64,000 nt of DNA, from NCBI GenBank assembly GCA_030704615.1, contig CM060733.1, forward strand, positions 59,954,001 to 60,018,000. Direction: 5' to 3'. The notes beneath the pieces are model-generated. The model was not told the DNA's origin and searched no databases. It saw only the letters and a program-made list of their open reading frames with translations. Shown here piece after piece: positions 34,269 to 47,400 of this stretch. Position numbers and translations under genes: made by a program. How positions within the stretch are numbered: position 1 is the first letter of the stretch; the number at the start of each line of letters is the position of its first letter. The DNA comes from Takakia lepidozioides (Eukaryota; Plantae; Bryophyta).

Positions 34269-36478
34269 TAGTGTTGGACTGGTATCAGGTTTTGCTTCAG
34301 TAGGTTCCTGGTAGGAAGAAATTTTGTTTTTGTGTTTTGGTAGGTTGTTAAATAATGTTTTTTTTTCAAATTCTGGTACCAGGCTTGTAAAGCTTGATTC
34401 TAGCACATCCGGATTATTCCACTTCCTCTGCTGGGTTTATGCTAGTTGAGGGATGTAAACTCGGCAAAGCATGATAGTGAGGAAGGAAGGACCTATCAAA
34501 GAGGACCCAAGATCTTACGCACGCTTAAGTTCATCTGTCATACACAAGAATGAACACACCAAAGTAGACCGGGGCCCTTAGGCTTCCAGTTCACCACTTT
34601 ATATAATCCTGCATGCTAATCACAATGAACAGGTTGGCCACTTCTGATTGGCTCTCCAGATTTTAACCAGGTGCTCATCCAGATAGGATGCCACGCAATC
34701 ACTTTTAGGATAAGCTAGCTATTTACTTAAGACAGCCTACTTAATAGACATGCCAGGTCGCTTCATCCTAATGGTCATCCATCCGCATTCATCACTGGAA
34801 AATATCTAGGTGAGTGGAATCAATGCCTTCACAGGCTGGTATCAACAATGTACTTCATGAAAAAATGGAGGTCTGATATCAACAATGGTCCTCGAAAATA
34901 TTCTTGCAAAATATCAACAACGGTTATCAATAGTCATTCCTTCTCAATGCCTAAGCATCCATCCAATGCATTCTTTTGGATACAATAGGAATTGCACCTA
35001 CTTCACTATCGGGATATTTGCCAATGAAGCTTCTACTCATACTTCGGAATGGCGGGCATGCCTTATGGTCAGGTCACTTACAGGAGCGCCTGAAGTGCAG
35101 AAACCCTGTCACTTTTGTAAACTACTTGAAGAGCCAATCTGTAGATCACCGTGGAGCTCATTATGTTGTTGCCTATCTTCAATGTCTAGCTTCAAATCCA
35201 CAATACATGACAATGCTAATCCTACCATATCTGCCGTAGTTGCTACAATATCTCCTCCCACATTGATACTAGGAAGCTTATACCAAGAGCTGCAACATAA
35301 CCGTAAAGACGGTTAACAACACGGGTTCTATCGCCGTAAGCCGAGGCGGGTCGGCATGCCCGGTAGGGTTCCTGCAGGGGTTGATAGAACGAGAGCACAA
35401 ACGGCCTGAGCACAGGAAAACGTAGGCGTGAGCATAAAAACACTGCAATAGGGTATACATATTTTCACGGAGATAGAATTCATATGAATAGGGTTCCACA
35501 ATAGCGAAAAAAATTAGTTGTGCATGCCTATCTCTGTCCCCATTATGTCCCTAATTATGTCCCTAAATCCTAAACCCTAATGAAAATAGACACCCGTAAT
35601 GTATATCTTCAAGCTCCAAGTCCACATATATACAACTTTGGTATCCTACAAAAGAATAACACATTAGGGAAAAACAAAGTCACAATAACCAACATCATCC
35701 AAAACACACAAATACCAAACAATAGTTGAACAATTTAATATAATGAGGCAAACAACGGGTTTCGGTAGCGAAATAAATCAAAGTATTGGGTTTCGCCAGA
35801 GAAATAATGAAGTTCGCCAGCAAAATGATGGGTTTCGCAAGCAAAATAATGGGTTTGCCAAGGAAATTTCTAGGTATTGCTGTGTAGGTCATTATCCAAT
35901 GGTTTCACGGACGAAACAAAATGTGTTGTGTTTGGTATATAAGAGATGACGTGAGATTGTTTTATTTTGCTAATGAATTGTCGGTATGTCGGTACCCATG
36001 CTTTCGTGGGCAAAACAGAATGAAATAAATCTAGTTTCACTGATTGCATCGAGCGCCACTTGCACTTGATTAAATACGCAACTATTAAACAACGAAAATC
36101 CTTGATGGAGACGGCACCTACCGAATATTCCTTATGCCCCAACTTCGCGTGGCTTGTGCTCACGCCTACATTTTTCTGTGGTCACGCCGTGTTTTTGTGC
36201 CGTGAGCACAAATTGCACATTTTAGTTTCACCATCGCATCTTTTCAGGAATACTCTTGGAATTTCCGGTATATCCTCTTCTGCTCACGTGGGCACAAAGG
36301 TGAGCCTGCTCACGTGCTATCCAACCTCGGTTCCTGCCGATCACTCGCGCAAGCCCTACCGCCGGGCCTGTTCTGCATGGAATTTTCCAATTTCAAGAAC
36401 CTTATGGTAGATTAGCTTATATCCGGGTTGTTACCCGGATTAATAACCGGGTGGACCCTCAATACCAGTCCAACACTC
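34269..36478. mobile_element. Non-autonomous hAT-type element (~2.2 kb)
   Basis: 16-bp TIR AGTGTTGGACTGGTAT (34270-34285 / 36462-36477); 8-bp TSD GTATGTTC at 34261 and 36479. Confidence 0.85.
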
Positions 36479-36486
36479 GTATGTTC

Positions 36487-36812
36487 CAATGTTGTGCGGG
36501 TAGTGCCTTTTTAAGGGACCCGCCTGGTTCAGGTATTTTTTGGAGCCTAGTCCGGGTCCAGATCCTTGTTTTTGAAATTTGAAACTTTTTTTCTGTCACA
36601 TTTAATTAAATAAATGTCAGGTAAATGTCACATTTTTTTAAAAATAATTTCTACATATATTTATCCATTTATTTATTAGAATTTAAACCCGGACCCTGAC
36701 CTAGCAGGTGGGTCCGGGTAGGGGTTCATTTCAGACATGAACTCGGTCTTTTGTGATTACGCGGGTTCCGGTGGGGGGTCCAGTTACCCGTACCCAGACC
36801 CGCACAACATTG
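36487..36812. mobile_element. hAT-type MITE (326 bp)
   Basis: 15-bp TIR CAATGTTGTGCGGGT; 8-bp TSD GTATGTTC at 36479 and 36813; ACCCG-type subterminal repeats. Confidence 0.9.
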
Positions 36813-37506
36813 GTATGTTCTTCTCTCCCTTCCTTGGGAGGTGGTCCATGCTCAGGCCTTCAGGGGGAGGTTTCTGTCAAAGAGTCTCCTCTCACTATAA
36901 TTAAGGGGCCTGATTTGTGAGCTGTCACTCCCAGGTGTTTTCTCTTTTTAAAACAATAAAAAAAAAAAATTTGAGCCCCCCATTACATGTGATGAACAAC
37001 AACAGTGAATATCTTAGCCATCTACCATAACTAGGGCTACCTAAAATGGTCCTCAGAGTTAAGGTAAGGGTTAGCAAACTTCAAGTGTGAATCAGTAACT
37101 GGTGATCCAATAATTCATGGTACATGAGCTTCCCAGTCGACCTCCCTCCTCTTTGACTTAATTTCCTTCAGCTCCTCTTATCCCTTCAATTGCTACGTAT
37201 CTTATGCACCAAATTTTGAGTTATACCACAGAATTGTACACATGGCTGCCTCACAGAGACTATTTCCACTAAGGTCGAGAGATGATAGGGAGAATAACAG
37301 AAAGCCTGCATAGTTACATAAACATAATTTGCAATGGCCTCCAATTTCATCCCAGGCTAATGAATGTTGCATATGGTTCCTATTGCAACAAAAAAGCTGC
37401 GAGTCAGTTCAAGACTTCCACAATGAAGTGAGTTTGGAATATATGAGTATAATTAAGGACTCAAGGTGGACTAGGCATGCTAACCTCAATGGCATTTGAC
37501 CAAAGC

Positions 37507-40421
37507 CTAAACTGCACCAATCTCCTTGAGCCATGCAGTATGCAAGGGACATGGGTCGCTACCACCCCTTGCTAATGCCCTCTTGGAAATGCCATAGAAC
37601 CAGCCATTTCTCCAGTCAAACTGCACAACACAATATTATATGAGAAAGCACCAGGACAGGAGAAGCTGGTGGGAGTTTACAGAGACAGAAGCGTTGTTAA
37701 GAACCAACACCTACCACTGCTGGCAGGCTTGCTTGCCGAAAAGATGAAAGTTCGGGATCAGGGCACAGAATTCTGTGAACATTTGGAAGTACTAGTAGAG
37801 CTCTACCAGAACTGTCACTGGGTTCGATGGCAGATTTATATAAGCCGACATTAGTGGATGCACCAATTGAATGCAGCTATGACACTTGAGGCAAGGTATG
37901 TCCATATTTAAAGATGAAGCTGCCTCTTGCCTTCCAGATTCTGTCATCAAATTTGATGCCACTATGCATGTCAGAATAAGGCCTAAGGAGGGAATAGTTT
38001 TCAGTCTAAGCTGGTGCATTCACAATCTGTTTCATGCTTTAAACAGGCATTAGAGTAGCCATTCAGCGCATCAAAATTACAGCCTCCCAACATCCACACC
38101 ATTCACATATAGGACATTTTTCCCTGCTGGTGACTTGCTGCCTGGCAATTGACAACATTTCCCTAGAACCTCAAAGGGAGAGAAAGAAGATGTGAGATGC
38201 AAGCATCAATCAGTCATTGCAGATGTGTCTTGCAGCATCTTTGTGAAGCTGTTGTGAGTTCTCATAAAAAATGTAAAGAGACTGACACAAAGGGAGAGAG
38301 AATGTACTCATAAGACGTTGTTTGCCGTAGCCTTGTGGCCATTGAACCCGCGCCCAGTTTGAGCGGGACACAAAGGGAGAGAGAGAGAGAGAGAGAGACC
38401 TCTTTCATAGCTGTAGGAAAATGGGAGACGGAACGTGCATACGCACAGAGTCGCTCCTCCATCCCCGCTTCAAACTCAATTTTTTTTTCGGCTGCTGCCG
38501 CCGCTGCCAACTCCTTGATTAGCTCAACCACCTGACCATGACAATATGTTTGTCAGAACCATGCTATAGCGACCACAATGATATCGTTTTCATGATAGTG
38601 GCGATAAGCATGCACCCATTGGTCTCTACAGACATTCAACATCCTAACCATGTCCATTTGCAGGTAGAGAGAGAAAGGCGAATATGCTCTCTTGACATGG
38701 CACAACCCAAAGAAGACGGAAGAATAAAGAAAGGACTACAAACGGAGGTATATACCTCATCTCGATAGCTCTTCTCAACGTCTCCTACAGTAGCGCCAGG
38801 ATGGCGAACTCCCACCAGCATGAAAGCTGAGATCCATATTAACTTTTCGAGCTGTGGTTTCTTAAACTCCTTTGGTTCAAGCACCTGTGATCACTCAGAT
38901 GCACGAAAGAAATAAGCCTTGTCACATGTCATTACAAGCCTCTAGCTCTCACAATTCATTTATGCCTACCGTGACCTTGTGGCAATACTTCTTGCATCCA
39001 AATTCTGTAGTGGACAAAGGAAGAGGAAATTAGTGAAGGATAAAACAGTGATTGAGAAAGAGGGAGACATCTGATGTTGACCTTGCACGACAGGCCAGCT
39101 GATTGTAGGCGTGTTGCTGTGGCTTCGGCCCACTTGCCTGACGCCGCTGTTAGACCCTCTGGATTAGAGTCTGTCTTTCCATCAACAGGAGCATCTCCAG
39201 CCTTTGCAACAGCAAAGTAAACTAGAACTTGGGAGGCCCCCGCTAAATTACGGCTTTCAAGCCATGGCTCGAGCATCCCATTCTGCAAAAACACCAAATC
39301 TGCTCGAAACCCTTGAGTCACTGTGCTGGTAAGTTTCTTCATTTCAGAGTACCTTCAGGGCAGAGGATTGAAACTAAAGAGCTTCAAATCCTAACATAAA
39401 CTCCATAGAGAACTTGTCTGATGTTCAGAGTGATATGACCAAAGCCAACAACCACCAACAGTAAGTGTCTAACACATAGCACGAGCTACCATTAGAATTA
39501 AACTGTTTTGCTCAATCCAGCCAGACAACCTAAGAGCTTAAAATATTCCGCGCCTTCTAGTACTTCAATGAGCGGTAAACTATCAGGCTAGCGGCCTTTA
39601 TAATCTAGGTTCATATCCTAGTTCTCCGAAGCAGTAATTCAGATGAACAGGAGGATCCAGAGTTGTGCCATTGGGGACTACAAAGCGCCAGGTTTATTTA
39701 TGTGGAAGACGGAGATGGGTTCGTTCTGATGACTTCCTAGTAACAATCATGAGCTTCTCAAAGCCAATGGAGCTTAGGATATCCAGAAGCACTGACATGA
39801 AGCATGTCAGAAACTGGTTAAAAATATGAAGCAGAGAATATTTAATTAATCAGTTGTATGGCCTGAACGCGCTTGCATCATCCAGAAAAAGCGATGAATC
39901 GCCAGCGGGCAGGATGACCTACCATCACGACGAGCTGGAGGAGTTGCCTCGACCACAGAATCAAGAGCGTCGATGCGAGTACATACAAAAATCGGTCCGG
40001 TGCTATTTGAAGGAATTTGCTCGCCCCGTCTAACCACAATATCCCGACCTAATCCCATCTTCTCCAATGCTTGGCCCACTCTTCCAGCTCCCACAATCAC
40101 CCCCGCCACAATACCTGCCATCTCTATGTTCTGTGTCACCTGGGAGCTACCCACTTCAACTGAACCTCGTGGGACCTGAAGCCCAGGAAATCTTTGACGA
40201 GATCTGTTCTTTGGACCGAATTTACCTGAGAACCTTTGAGCAGTCGAAGACGGCAGAATTTCAAGACTATAGATGCATGAAGCCCTGCATGCCTTATCAC
40301 ATTGTGGAGCAGGAAAGATACCTGTTTCAAGCCTATTGAAGGAACAAGAGGAGGACAAGAAGAGAGTACATTTAGTTCGAGACAGGGAGAGGGAGGGATG
40401 AGAGAGAGGAGCAAGCGCCAT
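37507..40421 (-). CDS. At1g16080-like conserved plastid protein (Rossmann GxGxxG, ketopantoate-reductase-like)
   Basis: Transit-peptide-like N-terminus, IVGAGRVG, DLVFLQNGMLEPW, LEKLIWISAFMLVG, RLCAYARSVSHFPTA, FDWRNGWFY..DPCPLHTAWLKE; five GT-AG-bounded exons. Confidence 0.85.
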
Positions 40422-41423
40422 CGCCAGCCTGAGCAAGAGCGGGTAGAGAGAGGGAGACAGCCATAGGCTTCTTCTGGATAATGTCCCGTGCACTCTTATA
40501 GCCACTACTACCTCCCTGAAGGTAATACCAGGAACACCTCGGTTTTTTCCCAAGAACCCTGAAGACGTATGAAATTACCGTCTTGGAGGTAACGCATGAT
40601 TCTTTGCCAACATTGCAGTCCTGGTCTGCATGATGCAAGCTCTCCCTCATTCAATTGATAACGAAGTATCTTTGAAGTCACCTCCTTTGTAGTCTTCAAG
40701 TAAATGGATATCCAGCACAACTGTACAGTTTGACTGCACCTTCCTTTCTCCTTCAAAGCACCACATCACTGATTGCATGCCTATCTAGACTGAGAACGCC
40801 TTGCCATGATTTTTTGAGAGGGAACCAGCAATGGAGTAATGGTAGCAGTTTTGTGCCTCCCCATGTATGAGAAGCCACTCAAATCACAACAAAACTGAAG
40901 GATTGAGAAACACTAGGGGTTCACAAGCTTAATTATTCAGTAACACATTATCATTATGTTTAAGGCATCTGCATCCCCTGAGGCTCCTCAACATGGGATG
41001 AGGGCCTGAAGCAACCAAAGAGCCTTGGAAACCAATGCCTGGAAGGCAACACAATGACAGGATTGGCACAATTGTGCAATATACAAAGTGGTGGGGTGAT
41101 TGAACGTTAAGATAGCAAAGCACCGGCAGTGAGGGGCCAAGGAACTCTCTGCAATTTGCACTACACTTGGTTGGACCAAAATAAACAGACACAAGATGAC
41201 TATTTATGTTCAGGCATGAAGCTTTGGTGGACATGTAAGCACTGGGGGCACCCCCTCAGCTAAAACCCACCCTTCCCCTGCCTTTCCAAGGTCTCCTGCA
41301 TAACTTGTCATCTCAACAACTCCACCAGGATAACAGACGATTTGTCATGGGCGTCTTGTGGGCTACAACTTTAGTGCTAGTTTTACATCCCAAAGGGACT
41401 GATCCTGGTGTTGACAGCAGATG

Positions 41424-44400
41424 TCAAAGATCACCAGACTCAATCCTGTCCACCAGATCCACCCTTGTTTTCCTCTTCCAGTTATTGGCAGTAGCCACGA
41501 GATTGATAAGCCCTATCACTTGTCCTTTTGTGTACTCCTGCAAGGACATTCATCCACCGGGATTATTTCCACCACCTTCTTGTAAGCCCGTGAAAGACTG
41601 GCAACCTTGCATTCCCTTAATAAATCATGTTGCACAGAGAGTTGAAACTTACAGGATGTGTGCGGACCCAGTGTAAGTACTCTGTTTCAGGGAGATAGAA
41701 GGCCTGCTCAAACAACAGATCAGTAAGTTAGCCCAACACCTTTGGCAACACCTTGCAGACACCTCTCTTAGCACTGGTAAGAAGAATATCGTACCTTAAT
41801 GTATGTTTCTACTATCTGTAAGTTGGACCTCAGCCTTGGGGGCGCTAAATGCTGCAAGCCGTTTATCAGAACCTGCAAATAATTCACCAAGGCTTCAGAA
41901 CCAGGAAAAGTCAGGTGCAACCAGAAATGACGGAAATGGAGAAGGCACCAACTGTACAAACCTGGAGATCAAGAGACATTAAAGCACGTCCCTCGTTATT
42001 GCACCGTTTCACACGTGAAAGACCTTCAACAAGAGTCTCTGCAAGTGTGTCCACTCCATATTCTAACAACAGGTCCAGCATCTGCAAGCATAATGCATAG
42101 CCTATTAGAGATTTCGGTGAGCTTAAAAGAACCATTTGCAACATGCACCTCGGAACTGCAATTGTACCTCATAACCTCAGGCAAAACCATGGCCGGAAAT
42201 GAATCCTATCCATTCTCTGGGTCGGCAAGATGAAGCTAGGTGGAAAAGAGCAACCTGCCCCATGGAGATTTCTTCCAGGAGCTTTTGAACATGTATGAAA
42301 TGCTCCAGCAAAGAAAAACACAACGATCACAAATGCGCCTAGAAGAAAATTGGAGGCCCACCTATTTGTCAGGCAGATACACTCCTGACAGCCCATAGTA
42401 CTGAACCTCCATGCTCAAATGTATATGGGTCGGGCAATGGAGAACAAGAAACAACCTCACCTGTGAAAGGCATGCAAAAGTGCAAGACCCAGAAGCCAGG
42501 ACAATGCCATACCTCCTTTTGGAGACCTCCGTGCACCAGCTTGCTGGAAAATTGTTTGTACTCACCCAGCAGCAGATCTATATATCTGCCACCACACATA
42601 CCCATTAAGTCCATCTGCCCTATGTATTATTCACTGGCAAAAGCTTGGCTTATGCATATCTACTTTACAAGAGTTCCGTAAAGGGAGCTTATGATGCATG
42701 TAAGTGAACATAAACATTTGAAAGTGCAAGAAGAGAAACCCCACTGCCTTTAAGCCCACTGCTTCTTTAGGCAGGTGATTCCAAAGCGCAAGAAGTACAA
42801 TTATTAACCCCAGCTGCACGCAGAAGCACATCCCCAAAGACAGGCCGTGAAAATGGCAAAACTCGAGAATGTGTTACCCATTATGTTCCATTCCCAAATC
42901 TTTGAGCTCCCACCTTACACTCGCGATGCGATCGACATACCTGCATGGAAAGCCCCCTATCTGAATACAGTGTACATCTGAGCATAGAAATTACATTGTT
43001 CCCCACATGAGGCTCACCCTAAATGTGCCTACAATCTTCAACTCCTATACCTGTAACCCACCAGAATTGAAACCAGAATGCATCAAAATACAGGTCAAAA
43101 TTGGCTTCACATTGCCCTGATGTTCTCAAACTCTGCCTTCCTCAACCTTGTGGGGACAAAAGGCTCCTTGCCTTTAGGCATCGACAAAACTGCTGGTTTC
43201 TGATTAGTGCAATCAGAGAACAGGCTAAGCCTATGAGACGCTGTTTTGCGAATTGGGACAGATTCGAGCTTGCAAAATGAACTAGTCCACATCATGCAGG
43301 GTTTTTTGTTTTTCTTTTAGGATTCGCAAAGTGAAACATATATATTTTTCACTGCGCCCTTTGTTCACAGAGCCAACAAAGTGCAACGCACCTTTCTGAG
43401 ATCCATACTCATAAGCTTTCCCAGAATTCATTCAGTAATTTGGTTGTTTGGCGCATGTAGCCCACCTAATCTGATATGTATGTTCACTTTACATAAGGGC
43501 ACTTCTTACACAAGACAGTCTGGACCGGGCAGAGGAGAGGGAAGCTGCCGGGGAAGACATGTAACCACTATTGGTATGGCCTTACATTGAATATCCATCA
43601 TCAGTGTAAGTAAAGAGTAACCCTAATCCAAGTAAAAACCTAAACTAACACAACATGCTCACAAATCTCCCTACCTGGGTTTGCCACTTAATGGGAAAAC
43701 TTAGCATCCTGCATTGAATAGCCATGCAGTTATCCGGATAGCCCAAATGAACAATCTACACCTTATAAGGTCACTGCCATGTCTTTATCAACATCCAGGG
43801 AAACAGGAAATGCACCCCACCTACCCTCCAATGTTGAGGAGCATCCTTGCCACTGCCTTGTATATATGCTCTTTCAGGTCAGGGACAGCATCTACCTGCA
43901 TATTCAACACAATATCCTTATAAGTACTCCATACAACTGTCTCAATAATATAAACCTGAAGAGACCCTGCTCTGTCCCCTGTGCTCAAAGTTCTGTAGCT
44001 CAGACCATCCAATCTTCTACAGAAGCAACTTAAAAGTCCAAAAAGTGGGATGGCAGACCGTGCGGGCATAGAAATACTCCACTGAAGCTAAAGAATCCTG
44101 AGGCAGCATCGCCTGCAACCACGGTCGAGACCTTTTCAACATTTGGGAGAGGCACCTGAGTGACTCTGCTGCCACAGAGCGCTCCTGCACAGAAGTTCAT
44201 TCTCAGTGACTGCCTTTTCAAAGACGGTAAAGGGACAGACTATGACACACCACAATATCCATGGAAGTCCAAGAATCCCAAGCACATTGACAACAGATAC
44301 TGTGCCAAAAACTGAGACATCTGGCCACCGACCAATGCCTTTCAACTTTGGGGAAGATTTCATAGGATGAGCACAGCATTGCAGGTGCAACTTCACCCAC

Positions 44401-47400
44401 ATACATATTGCTGAACACCACCACCATAGCATGCCGTTCTCTAGAATAGTGGGGCTACGACTGCATTCGTGTTGGAGAAAGAGAGGTTTTCCACTTCCTG
44501 CACACAGGGATAAATACAACAGGTGCGCAAGAAGCAGGCTTCAACTTTGCCTTGGGTGCACTTTCGGCTTAACTGCAACACCCAGTCTAAGAAGCTGCCA
44601 ACCAACAAGTAGAGACCTTGCATGCTTGCTGTTCACATACACTAGATAGACGTTCATATTTGGCCAGTTGATATAATCCACTAGGCACAGTTCAGATCAG
44701 AAAATCCACCATACCACTTGAGTGTTGGTTCTTCCTATCATATGACCTTCCACATACATAGGATCAAATGTCACCTTAAGAGCATATAAATTGCTGGCTG
44801 ACATCATAATTGTTGCACCTCCATACACACTCTGTGTTGGCGCCGTCTCTGAGGAAACGCTAGAATTGTTGGAAGCATTACTTGCTCCAAAGGTTAAGCC
44901 CACATTTGAAGGAGATGTGTGAGAACTAGTGCTTGCAGCATGTTTCAACCGTTGCTCCTCGAGTCCTTGTGATATCCTTACCAAGGTTGCTCGTAGTCGA
45001 GCTGTCAGCACTGCTTAGACATGCCACCACACCACACCAAAGACCCCATCAACTGTGACCCACAATGCGCAAGCTTTTTGAAAACATCTCTGAAATTATA
45101 TATCATCCTCCAGGGAGTCACTAGTAGGAGGACTGCAACTAAGCAATGCCTTGTTGTTGACGGGGACCATTATAAAATATCCAAACCTTGAGGATAAGCT
45201 GGAAAATGATGATTGGGCGAGTCGTGAAGTGCTCATTATAAGTTAAATGATCAATCACCACTACAAATAAACACATGAAATTGAATTGGCTCAAATTCTA
45301 AAGTAAAAGCATCTGCTAGTGTTCTCATGGTTCTCTGCATGATATTCAAATAATTCGACAATCCTCAGGAGCTAAATGAAACAAAAATAGCATGGAGCAC
45401 AAGATAGTCCAAGGTAATATGATCATGTGAGTCAACTTACAGTTAGAGTCTGAATGGTTTCGACTGCCACTGAATGCCTCACGCTGCCCAAATGTCTTAT
45501 AAATGGAAAAAATATATAATTCAAATAATTGACATAATCCCTGTAACAAACCAGCAACCATGTTACGATATATCTAAGATGAACGAAAGGACATGGGGGT
45601 TTAAAAAATGCAAAAATAATTGTCCCTTCATATTTTGATGCTGGAAAACCGTTACTAGTCTAGTTAAGGATATAAGCATGCCCTATACACACACATGCAG
45701 GCAGAAGAAGCATCTTGGCCTACTGCATACCTTGAAAACCTCTGAAGCAATTGGCTGCATTAATTGCGTCAGCCTTGCGTACTTGTCCATATATCTGTCA
45801 ACATATATTGTTCAAGACAGACAGCAGTAACAATTTGTCAACCGAGCAGAATGAATTGTTGCCCTCTAAAGGAATGCACATTAGAAGAGAGCTACCCTCA
45901 TGACCAGCCACATGCCTTGCTTGCAAAGGCTAAGCTGAGAATCTATGCTTTTAGAGCTGGACATGGAGTTTTCTAGAAAGTACGAGTCACAAACTCCAAA
46001 ACGTATTGTTCCAGAAGACTTCATAGTGTTTAGAACAGCAAGGAGGAAGGGTACGGGAACACACCTAAGCATGCTGACAGAAGAGTGAGTAAGTACTAGA
46101 CCCTTCTCATCTCCAAGTCCTTGGTTATCCTTGGTATCCCTAACGGATGAACTTTTCCTGAAAGTATGGTACAGGCGGCCTGGCAGCTGACTCTCCTCAT
46201 CTATGAAGTCTGCCAGCAGATCTTCATTCTCATCATCTTCCTCATCTTCTGCCTTCGCAGCCCCATTCTCAACTCTACTCACACCGTTTGCCATCACAGC
46301 ATCTCCTTCATCCCCTTTCACAACCGATGGACTCTGAACTTTTCTTTCAGAGAAAGGATTGCCTTTTTCGAGCCAATCTGCAAAACCAGAGGGAACAGCA
46401 CCAGAGCTCACGCTGCCCCCTCCAGCTTGAGAGCTTACCACATCATTGCTCGGGGCAGTTCCACCAAGCAATGATGCCCCATTGCCAGTCAGACCTGCTA
46501 AGTTCACGGACTTGAGCGCCACTGATGACAGCTGCTGCCACATTTCTTTTTCCATGATCATCCGCAGCACCTATGTCCCAGCCCATTTGATGTTTTCCTT
46601 AAAAGCAAGATAGGACAGACATTTCCGAAAGTGCTTTCAAAGCACAAATTCAGGAGCAGGATCTGTGCAAGATGGGAATAGTCCTTAAGGTGGTTAGAGC
46701 TACTTACTTCAAGATTCTGGCAATGGAAGGCACCAAAGTACTGCTCACTCTGCTTTCCCATCTGGGTTCGTAATGAGGCAGCCTCGGCACCGGAAAAGGC
46801 TTCTCCTGCTAGAATGAACTTATTCACCCAGTCCAGGCTCTGCAAAAACTGGTGAGGGCTTGTCGCACAGATGGCATCAGAGGAAAGCAAGGCCGCTACA
46901 CGCCGGGCTGCAAGTTCCCATACGGTCTTTCGCCCCTTTTCTAGTGCTCTTCCCACAGTGGTTATCATAATTTCCTCACGCCTGGACAGACTACAACCGG
47001 CTCCACTTTCTTCTCCTGAATCCTCTCTAGACCCCTGACTCTGCAGATCAAGCTCACCAGTTGATGTTGTTCCATTTTCACACAGTTCCAGGCTGTCAGC
47101 AGATGATTTTTTTCTGGAGAAACTTCTAGTGAGTAGCCTACTTCCAATACCGGTCGCTTGTAATGGTGACGTAGAAATTTGAGCCAATGACGGCTCAGAA
47201 GAAAGTGAGCCTGTGCGGACATGCCTACTTTCTTTCACATTATTAACCAGATCTCCATAGCTTCCAGAGCGCCGGTGCTTGCCATTCAAAAGACGATCCC
47301 TTAGAATGTCACCTGGAGGAACAATATCTGCTGTCACCTGCATTTCTTCTGTTGCCTGCAAAAGGAACGAGCTTCAGGGTCAACAACCACCAATGCAAAC

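Larger units (their letters stand above)
34180..36969 (+). mobile_element. tRNA-derived SINE interrupted by two hAT-type insertions
   Basis: A-box TAGCTCAGTTGG (~34189), B-box-like GGTCAAATCC (~34233); the body resumes after 36820 and ends in an A-tail at ~36958-36969. Confidence 0.55.

Noticed and set aside
34472-34750. Solo LTR (TG..CA with TATA)
   Set aside because: No matching TSD found; unsupported.
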